Shown here: positions 1 to 9,240 of the stretch, one piece after another | How the letters are laid out: the number at the start of each line of letters is the position of its first letter | Position numbering within the stretch: position 1 is the first letter of the stretch | Source of the DNA: a virus | Length of the DNA: 64,000 bases | Strand: one strand, 5' to 3' | Virus record (IMG/VR): IMGVR_UViG_3300035670_000045 | Span: 32,001 to 96,000 of that record | The notes under the pieces: model-generated | What the model was told of the DNA's origin: nothing | Database searches by the model: none | The model's input: only the letters and a program-made list of their open reading frames with translations | Made by a program: the position numbers and the translations under genes

Positions 1-138
1 CCCGTACTCGCCTCCCCCGTCTTCCCCTCGCCGGGCGTACCTGCCTGTTGGGAGGAATTCCACCCCAGCGCGCTCTGCGGATAGTAGTGCGGATTCCAAC
101 TCATTCTGGAACGGGACCATCTTCGGAGCATACCTCGA

Positions 139-1968
139 ATGAGCCAGCCCTTCTCAGCCTCTGACACGTTGGACGACGACAACGAGGAGGTCCAGCTTCT
201 CTCAGACGACGAGATGCGTCGTATCCATGAGGGTGGGATCTGGTTCCCCGAGCCCGAGCCGATCGAGTGGCTCTACGACGGTTCGGAGGAGGAAGACGCC
301 GGCGTCCGCGGTACCGTGCCTCTGAAGCTGTCGGACTTCACCAAGTTCGCGTTCCGTTTGCCCTCGGGGGACACCGGGGAGTTTGCGCCGTTCTCCTTCG
401 AGGGTCGGCGTCACATGCTTCGGATCTACGACACTTCGGCCAAGAAGATCCTCCTCATCTGCGCCCGCCAGACGGAGAAGAGCACGTCCCTTGGGAACAA
501 GTCGATCGGGCGTAGCTGCCTGATTCCTGGGCACAAGACGCTATACGTGTCGCCGTCCGCTCTGCAGTCCAAGACGTTCTCGATGGACCGTATCAAGGAC
601 CCCATCGAGACGAGCGAGATTCTGAGGGGCTACACCACCAGGCACCTCAGCCAGAACGTCTTCCAGAAGCAGTTCGTGAATCGCAGCCAGATCATGCTGC
701 GTTACGCGTTCCTCAACGCGGACCGGGTACGCGGTACGACTCCCTGGTCGATCATCCTCGACGAGTTCCAGGACTTCCTCGCGGACACCATCCCCGTCAT
801 CGAGCAAGCGTCCTCCCACGCTCCGGCAAACCACCGCACGTTCATGTACGCGGGGACCCCGAAAGGGGCGGACAACCCCATCGAGTACCACTGGTCGGGG
901 GTCACCCGGCTGGGTAAGCCGATGTCCACGATGTGCGAGTGGGTGGTGCCGTGCGAGGGGTGCAGGCACTGGAACATCCTCGGCGAGAAAAACATCGGGA
1001 AGAAGTTCCTCATCTGTGAGCGGTGCGGGAAGCAGATCCACCCGCAACACGATCGAGCCCAGTGGGCGGCAGGAAATGCGAACGCGGAGTACGAGGGGTA
1101 CCGCATCAACCAGCTGATGGTCCCGTGGCGAAAGTGGGACGACATCCTGGCGGACTACGGCAAGTACACCCGGGACAGGTTCTACAACGAGGTGCTCGGC
1201 ATCTCGTTCGACTCCGGTATCCGTCCTCTCACGCTCGCGGAGCTCAAAGCGAACTGCAACAGCAGCGTCAGCATGGCGGAGCTCCGGCTCGAGGCGTTCC
1301 GCAAGCAGCTCATCTCCGACAATGCGCCCGTGTTCGCCGGGGTGGACTGGGGGCAGGACGGCTCGAGTTACACGGTTTTGACCTTGGCGACCTACGTCAA
1401 CAACCGGTTCCGCGTGTTCTTCATCCACCGGTTCGAAGGGGCGGACTTGGAGCCGGATGTCCAAGTGGCGAAGATCATCCGCATATGTCGGGCGTACCGC
1501 GTCAAGGTCATCGGTGTGGACTACGGCGCGGGGTACGTGCAGAACAAGCAGCTCATCCACGCCTTTGGGGCGACGGTGGTGCAGCAGTACCAGTACGCGG
1601 TGCGTCTTCGGGCCAAGCTCGCTCGCGAAAAGAACAATCGACGCTGGATCGTGAACCGGTCGGAGATCATGAGCGACATGTTCTCTGCGCTCAAGCGTAA
1701 GAACGTGTTCGAGCTGCCACGGTGGGAGGAGTTCGGGACGCCTTACGGCCAAGACATCCGAAACATCTACACGGAGTACAACGACAAGCTGCGCATCATC
1801 GTGTACCAGCACCGGCCGGACCGGCCGGATGACAGCTTCCACTCCATCACGTTCTGCTTCCTGGCATCGATGCTGGTTCGTCCACGCCCGGACATCATCA
1901 CTCCGCGTCGTGAGCTTTTCCCCGAGCCGATCCTTTGGAGCTACGACGACGGTGCTTCTCAAGGTTGA
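139..1968 (+). CDS. terL: Terminase large subunit
   Basis: Walker A-like ARQTEKST, Walker B IILDEFQD, GTP coupling motif, CxxC...CxxC Zn module as in lambda gpA-like TerL, RNase H-like nuclease FAGVDWG and C-terminal PDDSFHS. Confidence 0.85.
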   Translation: MSQPFSASDTLDDDNEEVQLLSDDEMRRIHEGGIWFPEPEPIEWLYDGSEEEDAGVRGTVPLKLSDFTKFAFRLPSGDTGEFAPFSFEGRRHMLRIYDTSAKKILLICARQTEKSTSLGNKSIGRSCLIPGHKTLYVSPSALQSKTFSMDRIKDPIETSEILRGYTTRHLSQNVFQKQFVNRSQIMLRYAFLNADRVRGTTPWSIILDEFQDFLADTIPVIEQASSHAPANHRTFMYAGTPKGADNPIEYHWSGVTRLGKPMSTMCEWVVPCEGCRHWNILGEKNIGKKFLICERCGKQIHPQHDRAQWAAGNANAEYEGYRINQLMVPWRKWDDILADYGKYTRDRFYNEVLGISFDSGIRPLTLAELKANCNSSVSMAELRLEAFRKQLISDNAPVFAGVDWGQDGSSYTVLTLATYVNNRFRVFFIHRFEGADLEPDVQVAKIIRICRAYRVKVIGVDYGAGYVQNKQLIHAFGATVVQQYQYAVRLRAKLAREKNNRRWIVNRSEIMSDMFSALKRKNVFELPRWEEFGTPYGQDIRNIYTEYNDKLRIIVYQHRPDRPDDSFHSITFCFLASMLVRPRPDIITPRRELFPEPILWSYDDGASQG

Positions 1969-2461
1969 GGTAGTACATGCCCCTCACCGTGTCGACCACC
2001 GCCTCTCCGTCCGTGGTCTGGTGATCCAGTTGGACCTGACCACCAGCCGCGAGAAAGGCCGTTTGCCGGCACACGTTTGCTGTGTGTTGCAGGCGAGCGC
2101 GGAGGACGGGGTCTTCCGTTGCGATGTACATGCGACGAAACAGCTCGATGAACACGCCCCAGGGGCGGGATTCCCCCGTCAGCAAGGCGGAGAGTCTCCA
2201 GTACGCATCTGTCACTCCCGCGAACGACTTGATGAGCATTTCGGCCACGTCATCCGGGAGGTGACCGCCCTTGCAGCCGTCGGTAGCCAGCTTCCGAAGG
2301 CGACGGATCTCGTCCTCCTCCGTACTCAGTGGGGTGACGTCCAGGGCAAGGATGCGGAGGAGCCCATCGAGCATCGCGGCGTTCTGCCTGGCCAGGTGAA
2401 GCGCGGTGGACACGTCGAGGAGGAGTTTTTTCGACTTTCTTCCGCTGGGCTGTTCTCGCAT
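1898..2461 (-). CDS. Hypothetical protein
   Basis: Protein-like 187-aa ORF filling the gap between terL and the head module, AGGA upstream; overlaps the terL 3' end convergently. Confidence 0.5.
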   Translation of the reverse strand: MREQPSGRKSKKLLLDVSTALHLARQNAAMLDGLLRILALDVTPLSTEEDEIRRLRKLATDGCKGGHLPDDVAEMLIKSFAGVTDAYWRLSALLTGESRPWGVFIELFRRMYIATEDPVLRARLQHTANVCRQTAFLAAGGQVQLDHQTTDGEAVVDTVRGMYYLNLEKHRRRSSKGSARGKAHDAE

Positions 2462-2481
2462 GGTATTCCTGGGGTACAGAG

Positions 2482-3696
2482 ATGAGCAGCAGATTCACGG
2501 ACTTTTTGGACCGTCAGCAACGTCACTCCAAGCCGGTCAGCGGCTCGGAGTTGGAGTGCTTCGGGAAGTCTGCTGCTGCGGATTGGGTAGCGGGTAGGTT
2601 CCCCACTGTCCACGACGCCGTAGTCTCGTCCGTCAAAGAGGCGCGTCTCTCTCCGGAGCAAGTGCGGCGTGTGGTGGAGTTCGCGAACATCAACTCGTAC
2701 CTAAACCTCTTCCGAAAAGAGGGTGGGGTCAACAAGTACATCGACTTCGGTGAAGCCGGGCCGGCAGACCCGTCGGATGTACTTCGGGACCTGAACGACG
2801 GCGGCAACACGGTGTCCGACATGGGAGGCAGCGAGAAGATGGGACAGATCACCCCGGAAGGGCATCACGTAGGTCAGGTCTCGGAGGCGCAGCTGTTCGC
2901 CGCCCTGTTCCCCGGTGCAGGTGCGGAGAAGACCGCGAGCGTGGAGGCGCGGCTGGCGTCATCCACCGCCGAGCTCTGGGACGTTCACACGAAGCTTTCT
3001 CACGCCATCTCCGAGGCGCAGGGGCAGTTGGGGCTCCTGCAGCACTACGCGGCCCCTGTGGTGGAGGAGTTCACCTCGAACATCAAGGAAGCGACCCGCG
3101 CCGGGCACTCCTTGGGAGAGCTCGTCTCCGTTCTCCAGCAATTCGGACAAGACGGCCACGTCAAGTCCGCGATGCTCGCCGTCATGCCTCGCTTGTCCTC
3201 GGAGGTGTTCCACACCTCGGAGGAGGTGGCCGAGAGCTTCCGAAAGGAGGCGTCGAGTGTGGGGCGGCCGGACCCGGATCACCCGCTGATCCAGTCGTTC
3301 CATGGGCTCGTGGCCTCGCTCGAGAAACTGGCAAGCGCTCGGGAAGAGCTCGAGGAGCTCACTGGTGCGCAGGCTCGAGTCCGCGCACAGCTCAAGGTGG
3401 CGTCCGGCGGTCTCGTGGGGAAAGGGTGGCATGCCCTCAAGAGCACCGCGGACTGGGCCGGCAAGGGCGGAGAGGCCGCAGGGCGTGCGCTCTTCGGCGG
3501 GGACGGGAAAGCGGTCGGACACGCGGCTCGAGCTTTGACCTACGCTGCTCCGGTAGTGGCGGGGCACGAGGTGTACCGCCGGGTCCTCAAGAACTCCCCC
3601 GTGATGTCCGCCGCGCGGTCGGTCGTTCCTGGGACGAACGAGTACTACGCGGCTGAGATGGACGGAAACCCCTACGCCATGATGGGTGGATACTGA
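2482..3696 (+). CDS. Putative internal head protein with K-x-A motifs and C-terminal glycine-rich helix
   Basis: KSAA, KEAR, KTAS, KEAT, KSAM, KEAS, KLAS, KVAS; adjacent to the protease; coupled to the next gene (TGATG). Confidence 0.75.
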   Translation: MSSRFTDFLDRQQRHSKPVSGSELECFGKSAAADWVAGRFPTVHDAVVSSVKEARLSPEQVRRVVEFANINSYLNLFRKEGGVNKYIDFGEAGPADPSDVLRDLNDGGNTVSDMGGSEKMGQITPEGHHVGQVSEAQLFAALFPGAGAEKTASVEARLASSTAELWDVHTKLSHAISEAQGQLGLLQHYAAPVVEEFTSNIKEATRAGHSLGELVSVLQQFGQDGHVKSAMLAVMPRLSSEVFHTSEEVAESFRKEASSVGRPDPDHPLIQSFHGLVASLEKLASAREELEELTGAQARVRAQLKVASGGLVGKGWHALKSTADWAGKGGEAAGRALFGGDGKAVGHAARALTYAAPVVAGHEVYRRVLKNSPVMSAARSVVPGTNEYYAAEMDGNPYAMMGGY

Positions 3697-4415
3697 TGAG
3701 CACCAAGTACCGCGACCTGCTGACACAGTACAACGAGTCCGCGACCGGCGCCGTGCACGACTTTCTTGCCGCGCGCAAGGAGGCATCTGCACGCAAGGTC
3801 ATGCAGAACTTCGCTACGGGCGTCGGGAACGCGACCATGGCGGGGGTTGGTGGGGCCATCGCCTCCGCCGCCGTCACAGGCGTGGCGATGGGGGCTCAGA
3901 AGGCCTACCAGGCGCTGACCCGGGAACGCGACATGCGCAACATGCTCGAGGCCAACGCGGAGTTGGCGGAGCACCACCAGAGCAACCCCAAGGGGTTCAA
4001 CCTGGCGTACAACTCGCTTCGCGCGATGAACCCGGAGTTCGCGGCCGACCCCGTCATCGCCGGCGCCTACATGCGGAAAGCCATGGAGAATCCCGGTGTC
4101 GCAGGCGGCATCTTCGGCGAGCTCGGGCTGCAGTCGAAGCGCACCCCCAACCGGTTCATGGACTCGATCCAGTCCAACGCGGCGTCCTCGTTCCGGATGC
4201 CCCGGGAAGAGGGACCCATGGAGGGCCGGAGGGGCCCTGTCCCGATCGACTCGAACGCCGAGCTGACACCCACGACCCTCACCGGGGAGGGGTACTCCCA
4301 CGGGAAGGGACGCGTGCACGAGGGCCGCATGAAGGTGAAGGTCCACAAAGACCCGATGGGCCCCGGCGTGGGCGGTGGCGAGCGGTGGAACACCCACAAG
4401 CCGCGAGACTGGTGA
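3696..4415 (+). CDS. Putative internal head protein, glycine-zipper segment after KEAS
   Basis: HDFLAARKEAS followed by GVGNATMAGVGGAIASAAVTGVAMG. Confidence 0.7.
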   Translation: MSTKYRDLLTQYNESATGAVHDFLAARKEASARKVMQNFATGVGNATMAGVGGAIASAAVTGVAMGAQKAYQALTRERDMRNMLEANAELAEHHQSNPKGFNLAYNSLRAMNPEFAADPVIAGAYMRKAMENPGVAGGIFGELGLQSKRTPNRFMDSIQSNAASSFRMPREEGPMEGRRGPVPIDSNAELTPTTLTGEGYSHGKGRVHEGRMKVKVHKDPMGPGVGGGERWNTHKPRDW

Positions 4416-4430
4416 GAGGCTCGGGCCGCG

Positions 4431-6038
4431 ATGATCGTCAAAGAGTGCCTGTTCTCCGGTTCCACGGAGCTCGGTCCCGCGGTCCTGCCTCTATTCCAAC
4501 GAGGTACGGACGCCTTCTTCGAGAAGACGGCGTCCTTCATCGTCCCCGAGGTCGTGAACTTCATCGCAGGTGTGCGCCCGGAGAACGGGGCGATCTACAC
4601 CTTGGTGAATGCGCTCGGTGCGGGTGAGTACTTTGGCAGCAACGCCAACGCCGACTACTTCGACGAGTCTGGCCTCATCCATCGACCCGACCAGTGGGCG
4701 GGCGACCCCGCACTGGATGCGGAGGTTGGCCGAAAGTGGGGGTACGGGTTCCCCACGTTCTATGGCGCCCACGTGTTCCCTCACCACCGGAATCAGGACC
4801 CCGCCAAGTCCATTGGGGACGTGGTGTTCGCCGCTTGGAACCCTCGGATGCGGCGGGTGGAGCTCGTCACGAAGACCCACGAGGTGCGTTGCCGCGCCCA
4901 GGGTGTCACCTCGATCTGGGACAAGCTCAAGGCCCTCGAGTACGCGGACGTGTCGATGGGTGCGCGCGTACCCGGCGACCTGTGCTCCTGTCACGCAGAC
5001 TGGTCTGCGTTCGAGGCTGCCAAGAAGACGTACAACCCGCGGGTGCACGCCAACGAGGGTGTGGCCGTTGCCGAGTACCACAAGCGGTCCCCCATCCGCG
5101 GATGGGCCAAGACCCGCAAAGAGTACTGCGAGAACATGCTTCGGAAGCCCAACGCCATCCTGCCCGACGGCAAGAAGGTGTTCGTGCACAACCACTACCC
5201 GAAGTTCTTCGACATCTCGTACGTGTTCGTGGGCGCGGACCGCACCGCCAAAGCGATGATCCACATTCGCACGGTGGCTACGATCTCCACGCCCTCCGAG
5301 AGCTACAAGCTCGGGTGGGATTCCACGTTCGGTGGAGAGGAGAAGACCGCGGCCCGCAAGCACGGAGAGATCCAGAAGTCGGACATCCCAAGCCACTTCG
5401 TGCCGTCCGCGATCCGCCACACCTTCCGTGGGGAGCCCGACCTTCCCCGGGAAGTACTCCACGAGATTGCGCGTCACCCCGAGCGGCCGGCCCTTGCGAC
5501 CGTGTCAGGCTTGGGTATTGTGCTCCGTCCACGTGAGTTCCAGCGCATCACTCTCCATCGTGCAGGCAACGGTCAACTGGCCGACGCACTCGACGCCAAC
5601 GGGATGGTGTTCTCGAGAGGAGAGGCGGAGTCCCCCTGGGAGACCACTCCGGAGTTCATCCCGGAGCTTCTTCGGGTGCTTGCCCCGTTCTTGGCGCGAC
5701 GTTCCGCGTTGCACGAGCCGCTCACTTCCCGAGTCCTCATCGCGTACTCCGGAGGGGATTCCGTGCCCTACAAATCGGGTGTGGCCTCTTCCTATCTTTT
5801 CGAGCCGCTCAGTAAGATGGGCTCCAGGTACTCGGAGTACCGACAGTCCATCATGCAACAACTCCCGCACGCCCCCCACCTGCTCTCCGAAGTCGATGGC
5901 GGGCCTGTTGCGCAAAAGTTGGGGTCTGCCCCTCTCCACGAGCTGTTCTCGCCGCTGACTGTCGAGTATCTTCAGTCAGCATTCTGGGAAGAGGCACCCC
6001 TCGACCCCACCACCACTCGGGCGAAAGCCGGCGCGTAG
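4431..6038 (+). CDS. Prohead (capsid maturation) protease, HK97-type serine protease fold
   Basis: HH..D...SIG.V (His region), DVSMG (catalytic Ser), Cys-rich insert CSCH...YCE, and FFDISYVFVGADRTAK matching the EiS.V..pAd..A motif; lies upstream of the capsid gene. Confidence 0.75.
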   Translation: MIVKECLFSGSTELGPAVLPLFQRGTDAFFEKTASFIVPEVVNFIAGVRPENGAIYTLVNALGAGEYFGSNANADYFDESGLIHRPDQWAGDPALDAEVGRKWGYGFPTFYGAHVFPHHRNQDPAKSIGDVVFAAWNPRMRRVELVTKTHEVRCRAQGVTSIWDKLKALEYADVSMGARVPGDLCSCHADWSAFEAAKKTYNPRVHANEGVAVAEYHKRSPIRGWAKTRKEYCENMLRKPNAILPDGKKVFVHNHYPKFFDISYVFVGADRTAKAMIHIRTVATISTPSESYKLGWDSTFGGEEKTAARKHGEIQKSDIPSHFVPSAIRHTFRGEPDLPREVLHEIARHPERPALATVSGLGIVLRPREFQRITLHRAGNGQLADALDANGMVFSRGEAESPWETTPEFIPELLRVLAPFLARRSALHEPLTSRVLIAYSGGDSVPYKSGVASSYLFEPLSKMGSRYSEYRQSIMQQLPHAPHLLSEVDGGPVAQKLGSAPLHELFSPLTVEYLQSAFWEEAPLDPTTTRAKAGA

Positions 6039-6089
6039 GAGAGGGACACCTCCCCGAAGACCGCGCGGAAACTTGAAAGAAGAAAAACC

Positions 6090-6755
6090 ATGTCCCTCTC
6101 CGATCTCTTCGCTGCGTACGCCACCGAAACCCAGGACGAGGCCGCGCTCGAGAAGCAGGCCCAAGAAGAGCTCTACGTGAAGATCGCGTCGGAGTACTGC
6201 GCCGCCAACGGCGTCGACTTCGACAACCTCTCGCAGGAGCAACACAGCATGCTCTGGGACGCCATCTTCACCTCCGAGAAGTCCGCCGAGGAAGAGGAGA
6301 AGAAGGACGACGACAAGAAGGAAGAGTCGAAGTCCGAGAAGAAGGACGACGACGAGGAGAAGGCGAAGGAGGAGTTCGCCAAGGAGAAGCAGGCGGCCGA
6401 CTCGTACGCCATGTCGGAGGCCCTCGGCCGTTCGATGGCCCGCGCCTTCGACGAGGAGCTCCAGAAGATCGCTTCGGAGCGTGCGCAGGAGGAGGCCAAG
6501 AAGGAGGCCTCGGCTCGCCAGTCGACGCTTCGCCGCGTCGAGGCCCCGATCTCGGCGATCGACAAGGTCGCGGCCCAGGCGGCGGTCAAGATCGCGTACG
6601 ACCAGGGCGGGTACGACCCGGAGGACACCGAGCGTCGCCTCGTCGCGCTCCTGACCCTCGGCGCGCCGGAGACGGCGAAGCTCGCCTCGGGCACCTACGA
6701 GGAGCGCGTCCAGGCGCGCGCGCTCGAGCTCCTCGTGGCGGCCGGCTACCGCTGA
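6090..6755 (+). CDS. Putative scaffold/core protein (acidic, helical, nine K-x-A motifs)
   Basis: E/K/D-rich; KQAQ, KIAS x2, KSAE, KQAA, KEAS, KVAA, KIAY, KLAS; between protease and capsid genes. Confidence 0.7.
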   Translation: MSLSDLFAAYATETQDEAALEKQAQEELYVKIASEYCAANGVDFDNLSQEQHSMLWDAIFTSEKSAEEEEKKDDDKKEESKSEKKDDDEEKAKEEFAKEKQAADSYAMSEALGRSMARAFDEELQKIASERAQEEAKKEASARQSTLRRVEAPISAIDKVAAQAAVKIAYDQGGYDPEDTERRLVALLTLGAPETAKLASGTYEERVQARALELLVAAGYR

Positions 6756-6764
6756 CCCACCCGG

Positions 6765-6787
6765 AGGGGGCCTTCGGGCCCCCTTTC
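6765..6787 (+). terminator. Intrinsic terminator-like hairpin with cUUCGg loop
   Basis: AGGGGGCC-TTCG-GGCCCCCT followed by a pyrimidine tract, just after the 6755 stop. Confidence 0.6.
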
Positions 6788-6843
6788 CCTCCCTCTCCAT
6801 CCCAGTTTCTTTCGGCGGGGTTCCGCCACCATCCTCCGAGGCC

Positions 6844-8262
6844 ATGATGAACTACCAAGCCCGCCGTTTGACCCAGGACCTCGTCGCCGCGGCCCTCGAG
6901 TCGTCCGCTCACCACGAGAAGCTCGCCGCGGAGTCCCGACGTCTGGCGGGGACCGAGAAAGTGGCGTCGGAGTCGCAGCCGATGGACGACTCGTACTCGA
7001 CCGAGCTCGTCGAAAAGCTCGCCTCCGCCGTGGAAGAGATCCTCCCCGAGGTCGAGCTCAAAGAAGCCGGAGCCCTCGAGAGCATCGGTGACACGGTGGC
7101 CCGCGGCGCGACGCGCGCGGCCGACTTCGCCTCGAAGCACAACACCGGTGCGGGCGCGGCCATCGCGCGGAACCTTCAGAAGGTGCAGGGCGTCGACAAC
7201 CGTACCCTCGGCAAAGCGGCGCTCGGCGTTGCCGGTGTCGGAGCTGCGGGCGTGGGTGCCGGTATGGCCGCCCACAAGGCGATGGGCAGCAACGAGAAGA
7301 AGGCCGCGGAAGACGACGCCAAGGTGGCTGGCCTGGCGGACAAGCTCAAGGGCGTCGCCGACAAGGTGCGTGGCGCGGCTGGCAAGGCTGGCGACAAGGC
7401 AAAAGAGGTTGCCGGCAAGGCCAAGGACAAAGCCGTGAAGGCGAAGGATACGGCGAAGGAGGTCGTGAACACCGCGTTGGATGGGCCGGATGCTAGCTGG
7501 CTCCGTCGCAAGGGTTTCCCCGCACGCGGGGATGCTTCCGCGACTGGCCATCGGCACGGCCTTGTGACTGGCCTCGGTGTTGGGTTTGGGTCCAGTGCCG
7601 CGGCTGCGAACGTCGCCAAAAAGTCCAAAAAGTCCAAGAAGGAAGCCAGCGTCGATCCCGAGAAGCTCGCTGGCGCGGTCGAGAAGATCAAGTCGGGCCT
7701 CAAGCGTGGCAAGGAGCTCCTCTCCGGATCGAAGCTCGACGCGCTGAAGGACAAGGCGTCCAAGATCCAGGACCCGGTGCGAAAGATCGAACACGAGGTG
7801 ACTCGCCTTTCGCCGGAGCACAAGAAGGTCGTCGGTGCGCGCGCGGCGGCTGGCGTCGGTGCGGCAGCCACGACGGCGGGTGCGGGGCTCGCGGCTCACA
7901 AGGCCATGAGCAACTCGAAGGAAGCGGGGCTCGCCACCTTCCTCTCCAGCAAGCGCGCGTCGCTCGTGGAGATGGCGGAGGGCAAGTCCTTCCAGCAGTC
8001 GCCTCCGAGCAGCAACCCGCAGCCCACGGTGACGGATGTCGACCAGAAGCCGACGAACGCTTCGGGCAACCACCTCCCGACCAACGAGAGTGCGGTGCAG
8101 TTCTCGAACCGCAAGACTCTTCCCGAACGACGTGCGTCGATGCGAAACTACTTCTCGCAGCCGATGAACGACCAACACGACGTCCCCGAGTTCTCGCACA
8201 AGACGGCGTCCGCGTCGGACGAGGCTCGCGCGCTTCTCAGCCAACTCGCGGAAGGTAAGTGA
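6844..8262 (+). CDS. Modular internal head protein (K-x-A-delimited glycine-zipper and LEA-like segments)
   Basis: At least 11 K-x-A motifs; duplicated AAGVG...AAHKAM module; AK/DK-rich repeats. Confidence 0.75.
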   Translation: MMNYQARRLTQDLVAAALESSAHHEKLAAESRRLAGTEKVASESQPMDDSYSTELVEKLASAVEEILPEVELKEAGALESIGDTVARGATRAADFASKHNTGAGAAIARNLQKVQGVDNRTLGKAALGVAGVGAAGVGAGMAAHKAMGSNEKKAAEDDAKVAGLADKLKGVADKVRGAAGKAGDKAKEVAGKAKDKAVKAKDTAKEVVNTALDGPDASWLRRKGFPARGDASATGHRHGLVTGLGVGFGSSAAAANVAKKSKKSKKEASVDPEKLAGAVEKIKSGLKRGKELLSGSKLDALKDKASKIQDPVRKIEHEVTRLSPEHKKVVGARAAAGVGAAATTAGAGLAAHKAMSNSKEAGLATFLSSKRASLVEMAEGKSFQQSPPSSNPQPTVTDVDQKPTNASGNHLPTNESAVQFSNRKTLPERRASMRNYFSQPMNDQHDVPEFSHKTASASDEARALLSQLAEGK

Positions 8263-8624
8263 TCATGCCCACGAAAATCAGCCAGGCTGCCGTCCAGGCC
8301 ACGCTGCGGGAAGTCCCCGTGGCCCTTCGCAAGGTCGCGTCCGAACGCGACTTCTGGAAGGAGAAGGCGCTGGCCATGATGGCGGAAGACGAGGTCCAGA
8401 AGGTGGCCTCGGAGATCCGTGACCGCGGGCTCGACAGCGGGCGTGACCCGGACGAGCTCTTGGAGGACCTCCGCAAGGCGGCCTCCCAGAACAAGCTCGC
8501 GACGATCCGAGAGGGTCTGTCGTGGGTGGGCCCGAACATGGGCGAGAAGATCGCGTCCCTGGGTGACCGCCCCGGGAAGGGAACGACCACGATGGAGCGA
8601 CTCGAAGCGGCCATCTTGGAGTGA
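8259..8624 (+). CDS. Small head-module protein with five K-x-A motifs
   Basis: KVAS x2, KAAS, KLAT, KIAS in 121 aa; start may be the ATG at 8265. Confidence 0.7.
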   Translation: MIMPTKISQAAVQATLREVPVALRKVASERDFWKEKALAMMAEDEVQKVASEIRDRGLDSGRDPDELLEDLRKAASQNKLATIREGLSWVGPNMGEKIASLGDRPGKGTTTMERLEAAILE

Positions 8625-8683
8625 TGCAGCACCTGTAGGCGTAGCGTCGCTCCGCCGATTCAAAATCTCGAAGGAGTTTCTCA

Positions 8684-9193
8684 ATGTCCACCACCGCTCA
8701 GCGCCCGAACTTCGACATCAAGTCGGACCTCTTCATGGTTCAGACCCGCGACTACCCCCTCGCGGACACCACCCTTCTCGACCCGCGCCTTTCGACGTGC
8801 CTCGTCGACGGGGAGTGGGTGCGGCTCACCGACGCGCGACTTCTCGTCCGCGCCACCAACGTCGCGTCGGCGGGTGACCCGGCGACGGTGAAGTCGTTCC
8901 CGCTCTGGAACGAGCCCGGGCGTTCGGACACGCAGGCGATTCGCAAGATGACGGGCATCCGCTTCGGCTCGTGGGAGGCGGACACCCGCATCTTCGACGC
9001 GGCGGCGGTCGTCGGTGGTGGTGCGGCCATCACGGAGATGGACCAGCCCCTCAAGGTCGCGACCATCACCCTCGGTGGACGCAACTACTCGGGTCTCGTC
9101 GGCGCTGGCGCGTCGGACATCATCGTCGCCCGCGTCAGCAAGCTCCCGGCGAACAACGGGGGCCGTCTCGGAATCGTGGCCGTCGCACCCTGA
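8684..9193 (+). CDS. Probable capsid decoration/cement protein
   Basis: 169 aa, beta-rich, strong AAGGAG SD, strongly biased codons, immediately upstream of the major capsid gene. Confidence 0.55.
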   Translation: MSTTAQRPNFDIKSDLFMVQTRDYPLADTTLLDPRLSTCLVDGEWVRLTDARLLVRATNVASAGDPATVKSFPLWNEPGRSDTQAIRKMTGIRFGSWEADTRIFDAAAVVGGGAAITEMDQPLKVATITLGGRNYSGLVGAGASDIIVARVSKLPANNGGRLGIVAVAP

Positions 9194-9240
9194 TCGGTTC
9201 GCGGCGTCGTAGCAAATCGATCAGCAAGGAGAATCCAATC

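Noticed and set aside
8971-9240. Extended N-termini given by the ORF track (capsid from 8971; also 25298, 29355, 31424, 35156, 61118)
   Set aside because: These upstream extensions overlap real genes in another frame; downstream starts with an SD or translational coupling were chosen instead.
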